From: Ranitomeya imitator
Taxonomy: Eukaryota
Reading direction: 5' to 3'
DNA length: 64,000 bases
NCBI RefSeq assembly: GCF_032444005.1
Contig: NC_091288.1
Location: forward strand, 13,888,001-13,952,000
Under the pieces are notes generated by a model, which ran no database searches, was not told the origin of the DNA, and worked only from the letters and a program-made list of their open reading frames with translations. Position 1 is the first letter of the stretch. The number at the start of each line of letters is the position of its first letter. Made by a program: the position numbers and the translations under genes. Positions 60,899-64,000 of the stretch are shown one piece after another.

Positions 60899-62687
60899 CC
60901 CCTTCTCCCCGAGAACTTTTAACATTGCAACAAACTTGTGGGAGAAGTCCATGTTTGGCATCTAGCAACAGACACTAACTGTCCGATACAAAACCACAAA
61001 CTGTTACATTCGGGTTCTCTCATCTCTACTTATAGAGGAAAAGTCAGATTAAACAATTCCTATCCAGTAGGTGGTGAAGTAAAAAAAATGAGAAAGACAG
61101 CTGTAAACAGAAGTGTTTTATGTAAAAAGGTGGCCGCATGTATCAAACATTGTGCGACACTTTCATAAATTAGATGTAATTGCAATATGACCACAAGGAA
61201 AACTGACCTCAAAGTTTCCCCTCGTGATAAATTTCTCGCAATAAAAGAAAAGTGCAAACCAAAAGAAAATGGCGCAAATGAATAATGAAGGCGACAGAAA
61301 GGAAAAAAAAAATACTCTAATGCTTGCATAACACTGGGAAAAAAAATCAGCAAACATTTTCAGATGGTGAAGACACACACAAGAAGAGAATAAAAAATGT
61401 GGCATAAAAGGAATAAAAAGGAACAATGGACCCCATAACTGTTATCACCACCTTCCATTGTTCTCTGCTATCCCCGTCAGATCTTGTTCACACCAGATGC
61501 TCTGATAAGGATTTTCTGGAAAGGTGTCCATGAATTCTGCATTTTAAGCAGCTCAGTTGTCACAATACAGATGGGATGTAAATGGGAATTATCACCTCAT
61601 TTGCAGAATGGGGGCTGCGGGGAGGGGGCTCATTCTTTGCCTTATATCAGGCCATTGCAGATCTGCGACCCTTGTGCTCAGCAATCGCAGAGACATTCCT
61701 AGACGCAACATGTACTACAGAGACCGCCGGGAGACATGAGGCATCTGCGCCCACAGCTGGGGAGGCCTCCGCTGACTCACAATACACCCCCAGCTGCGGA
61801 GGAGACCCCACTAATGATGGAAAACATTCATCACAGGCACTTTCTATGTAAATATCATGTACACATCGGGCAGCCGTGTCCCTGACACTTAATCACGGGC
61901 TAATTAATTCATCAGCGGCTCCCTCTGCTGTAATTAGCTCCAGATTTTAGGAAATAGAAGCAGCGCATGAATGAATCTGACTAAATGCGGCAGAAAAGTG
62001 GGAGATGAATTCGGGGGGGTTTAAAGGGGAAACGTGTAGCAGCAGGGGGATAGAACGGGGAGATAGGCCTTATTCACACTACAGTTTTTCTCACATCTGA
62101 TTATTTTGATCAGACTCTAATCAGATGCGCCTTTTCTGGGCAGGTACAGGCTGCTTTTTTAGGTTGGGGGGCACATATCCACGGCCGCTAACAAGCCTGA
62201 GAATAGCAGCCCACACCTGTGAGTTTTGCCGGGTTGGTTTAAAAATATTGAGGGCTCCCCACCAGGGGCGCGCCTACCATGTGGCAAGTTGAGTACTTTG
62301 CCTCAGCGGCAATGCCTTCAATGAAGAGAGGGGGCGGCAGATTCTGCCGATGTAGTAACTGAATTTGTATTGAAGGCTTCCAACCATCCCGAATGGCCGA
62401 ATCCCCTCATCCAGCCCTCCCCAGCTCATGTGACCGGTCACATGATCATGACATCATCACAGGTCCTCAACCTGAAGTCACTCCTCTCCTGCATCTGCTG
62501 GGGCTGCTCATAGAAGGCTGTTCTGTGCGCACAGGACCTGTGACGATGTCACCGGATGGGAGGAGTCAGGGGTCACATGATCAGTGACCTCAGTGTATGC
62601 AGGACTCTGCTGTTCTAATTGTCATGGTGCTGGAAGAGGGTAAGCTTATGCGTGGGGTCAGGAGGGGTTTACAGTGTGGATGTAGCA

Positions 62688-63245
62688 GAGCCGTGTGTGC
62701 GCGAGGTGTGCGGAGCTGAGCCGTGTGTGTACGAGGTGTACGGAGCGGAGCCGCGTGTGTGCGAGGTGTGTGGAGCGGAGCCGCGTGTGTACGAGGTGTG
62801 CGGAGCTGAGCCGCGTGTGTACGAGGTGTGCGGAGCTGAGCCGCGTGTGTGCGAGGTGTGCGGAGCTGAGCCGCGTGTGTGCGAGGTGTGTGGAGCTGAG
62901 CCGCGTGTGTGCGAGGTGTGCGGAGCTGAGCCGCGTGTGTGCGAGGTGTGCGGAGCTGAGCCGCGTGTGTGCGAGGTGTGCAGAGCTGAGCCGCGTGTGT
63001 GCGAGGTGTGTGGAGCTGAGCCTCATGTGTGCGAGGTTTGCGGAGCTGAGCCGCGTGTGTGCGAGGTGTGTGGAGCTGAGCCTCATGTGTGCGAGGTTTG
63101 CGGAGCTGAGCCGCGTGTGTGCGAGGTATGTGGAGCTGAGCCGCGTGTGTACGGGGTGTACAGAGCTGAGCCCTGTGTGTACCAAGTGTATGAAGCTGAC
63201 CCGTGTATGTGTACGGAGCGGAGCCGTATGTGTACGGGGTGTATG
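62688..63245. repeat. 30-bp minisatellite (GAGCCGCGTGTGTGCGAGGTGTGCGGAGCT)n, about 18 copies
   Basis: Visible tandem unit; explains the AEPRVCEVCG ORFs. Confidence 0.96.
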
Positions 63246-63594
63246 GGGAGGCGCCATTTTGCAGTTTGCCTCAGGCAGCAGAGAGGCTAGGTTCACCCCT
63301 GCTCCCCACGTCATTTTTTTCTTTCATTCATTCTCCTCTGCTCGCCGGCCGAGCAGGGGAGAACGGATGTCAGCATCATACACAGAGAAACAATGCTTAC
63401 TGTAGCGCTGCTTCCCCGGCGGCCGTCCATGTGGTACTGATGCGGCACTCGGGCGGCACACGGTTGCCCACATGTGTGCCGCATGTAGTACACACAGACA
63501 TCTCCGGTATCATGTTTACCTGTACCGGAAATATCAGGACATGTGAAACTGGCCTTATTCCTAACCGTGGCACATGTGAATTTGTGGATCCACT

Positions 63595-64000
63595 GTAAGA
63601 TGCCTAAGCGAGGTAATCGTGAGCGAGCTTCAGTCCCCACTTGCTCTGGCATCCTACAGACAAGGTGAGTCCCAGTCCCGGTGTGCTGCGGAGTATGTGG
63701 TGCTTCCCACTTCTGGCCGCAGGACTCTTCTGACTCCAGGAATCCCTCTTCTGGAACCAGGGCAGCAAACAATCCAGGAGACACGTGGTTAATAAAAAAA
63801 CAAACTTTTCTTAGAGAATGGCAGTCTGTACAGTATTTACAAACAGGTTTAAAAGATTAGGCCCAACGGTTGTCATCTTTCCCACAAGTACAGGATACAA
63901 CTTTATCCCTGGTTCTCGGGATAGGTGGCATATCCCCCTCTCTGGCTTTCCTAGCCCTTGAGGATCTTCCTCATCTCTAGCAGTATATCTGGATTACGAT
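63595..64000. mobile_element. Possible start of an LTR running off the window
   Basis: Begins TGTAAG..., abrupt change of composition; other end not visible. Confidence 0.25.

Noticed and set aside
60403-60978. ORFs spanning 60.6-60.9 kb
   Set aside because: They run through the N gap.
1-64000. Exons of the expected neighbours WNT10A or FEV
   Set aside because: No Wnt cysteine pattern or ETS-domain peptide in the ORF track or on inspection; exons shorter than 60 codons could have been missed.

Overview
Vertebrate genomic DNA, most likely a frog (inferred from the repeat families, not provable here). It contains one recognisable protein-coding gene: an intronless CDK5R2 (p39, CDK5 activator 2; ATG 30995 to TAA 31960, 321 aa). 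Its GC-rich promoter carries four perfect CRE palindromes and two CCAAT boxes, and a consensus RE1/NRSE (REST) site lies about 1.7 kb downstream. The rest is a dense, nested mosaic of repeats: CR1 and L2 LINE fragments, V-type SINEs, at least five Tc1-family copies, two Helitrons, two LTR-type insertions, several MITEs (TTAA, TA and 8-bp TSD types), large minisatellite/satellite arrays (20, 30, 35, 72 and 86 bp units) and a 303-N gap. The most notable unexplained signal is a set of type I hammerhead ribozyme motifs in non-coding Penelope-like/retrozyme-like elements. A 777-bp insertion (5663-6439, 14-bp TSD) holds two oppositely oriented hammerheads and has an internal junction that starts exactly at the predicted self-cleavage site. 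A U3-A8 covariant hammerhead sits at 12538, and truncated hammerheads at about 22140 and 40763. All long ORFs other than CDK5R2 and the transposon fragments are artefacts of tandem repeats.
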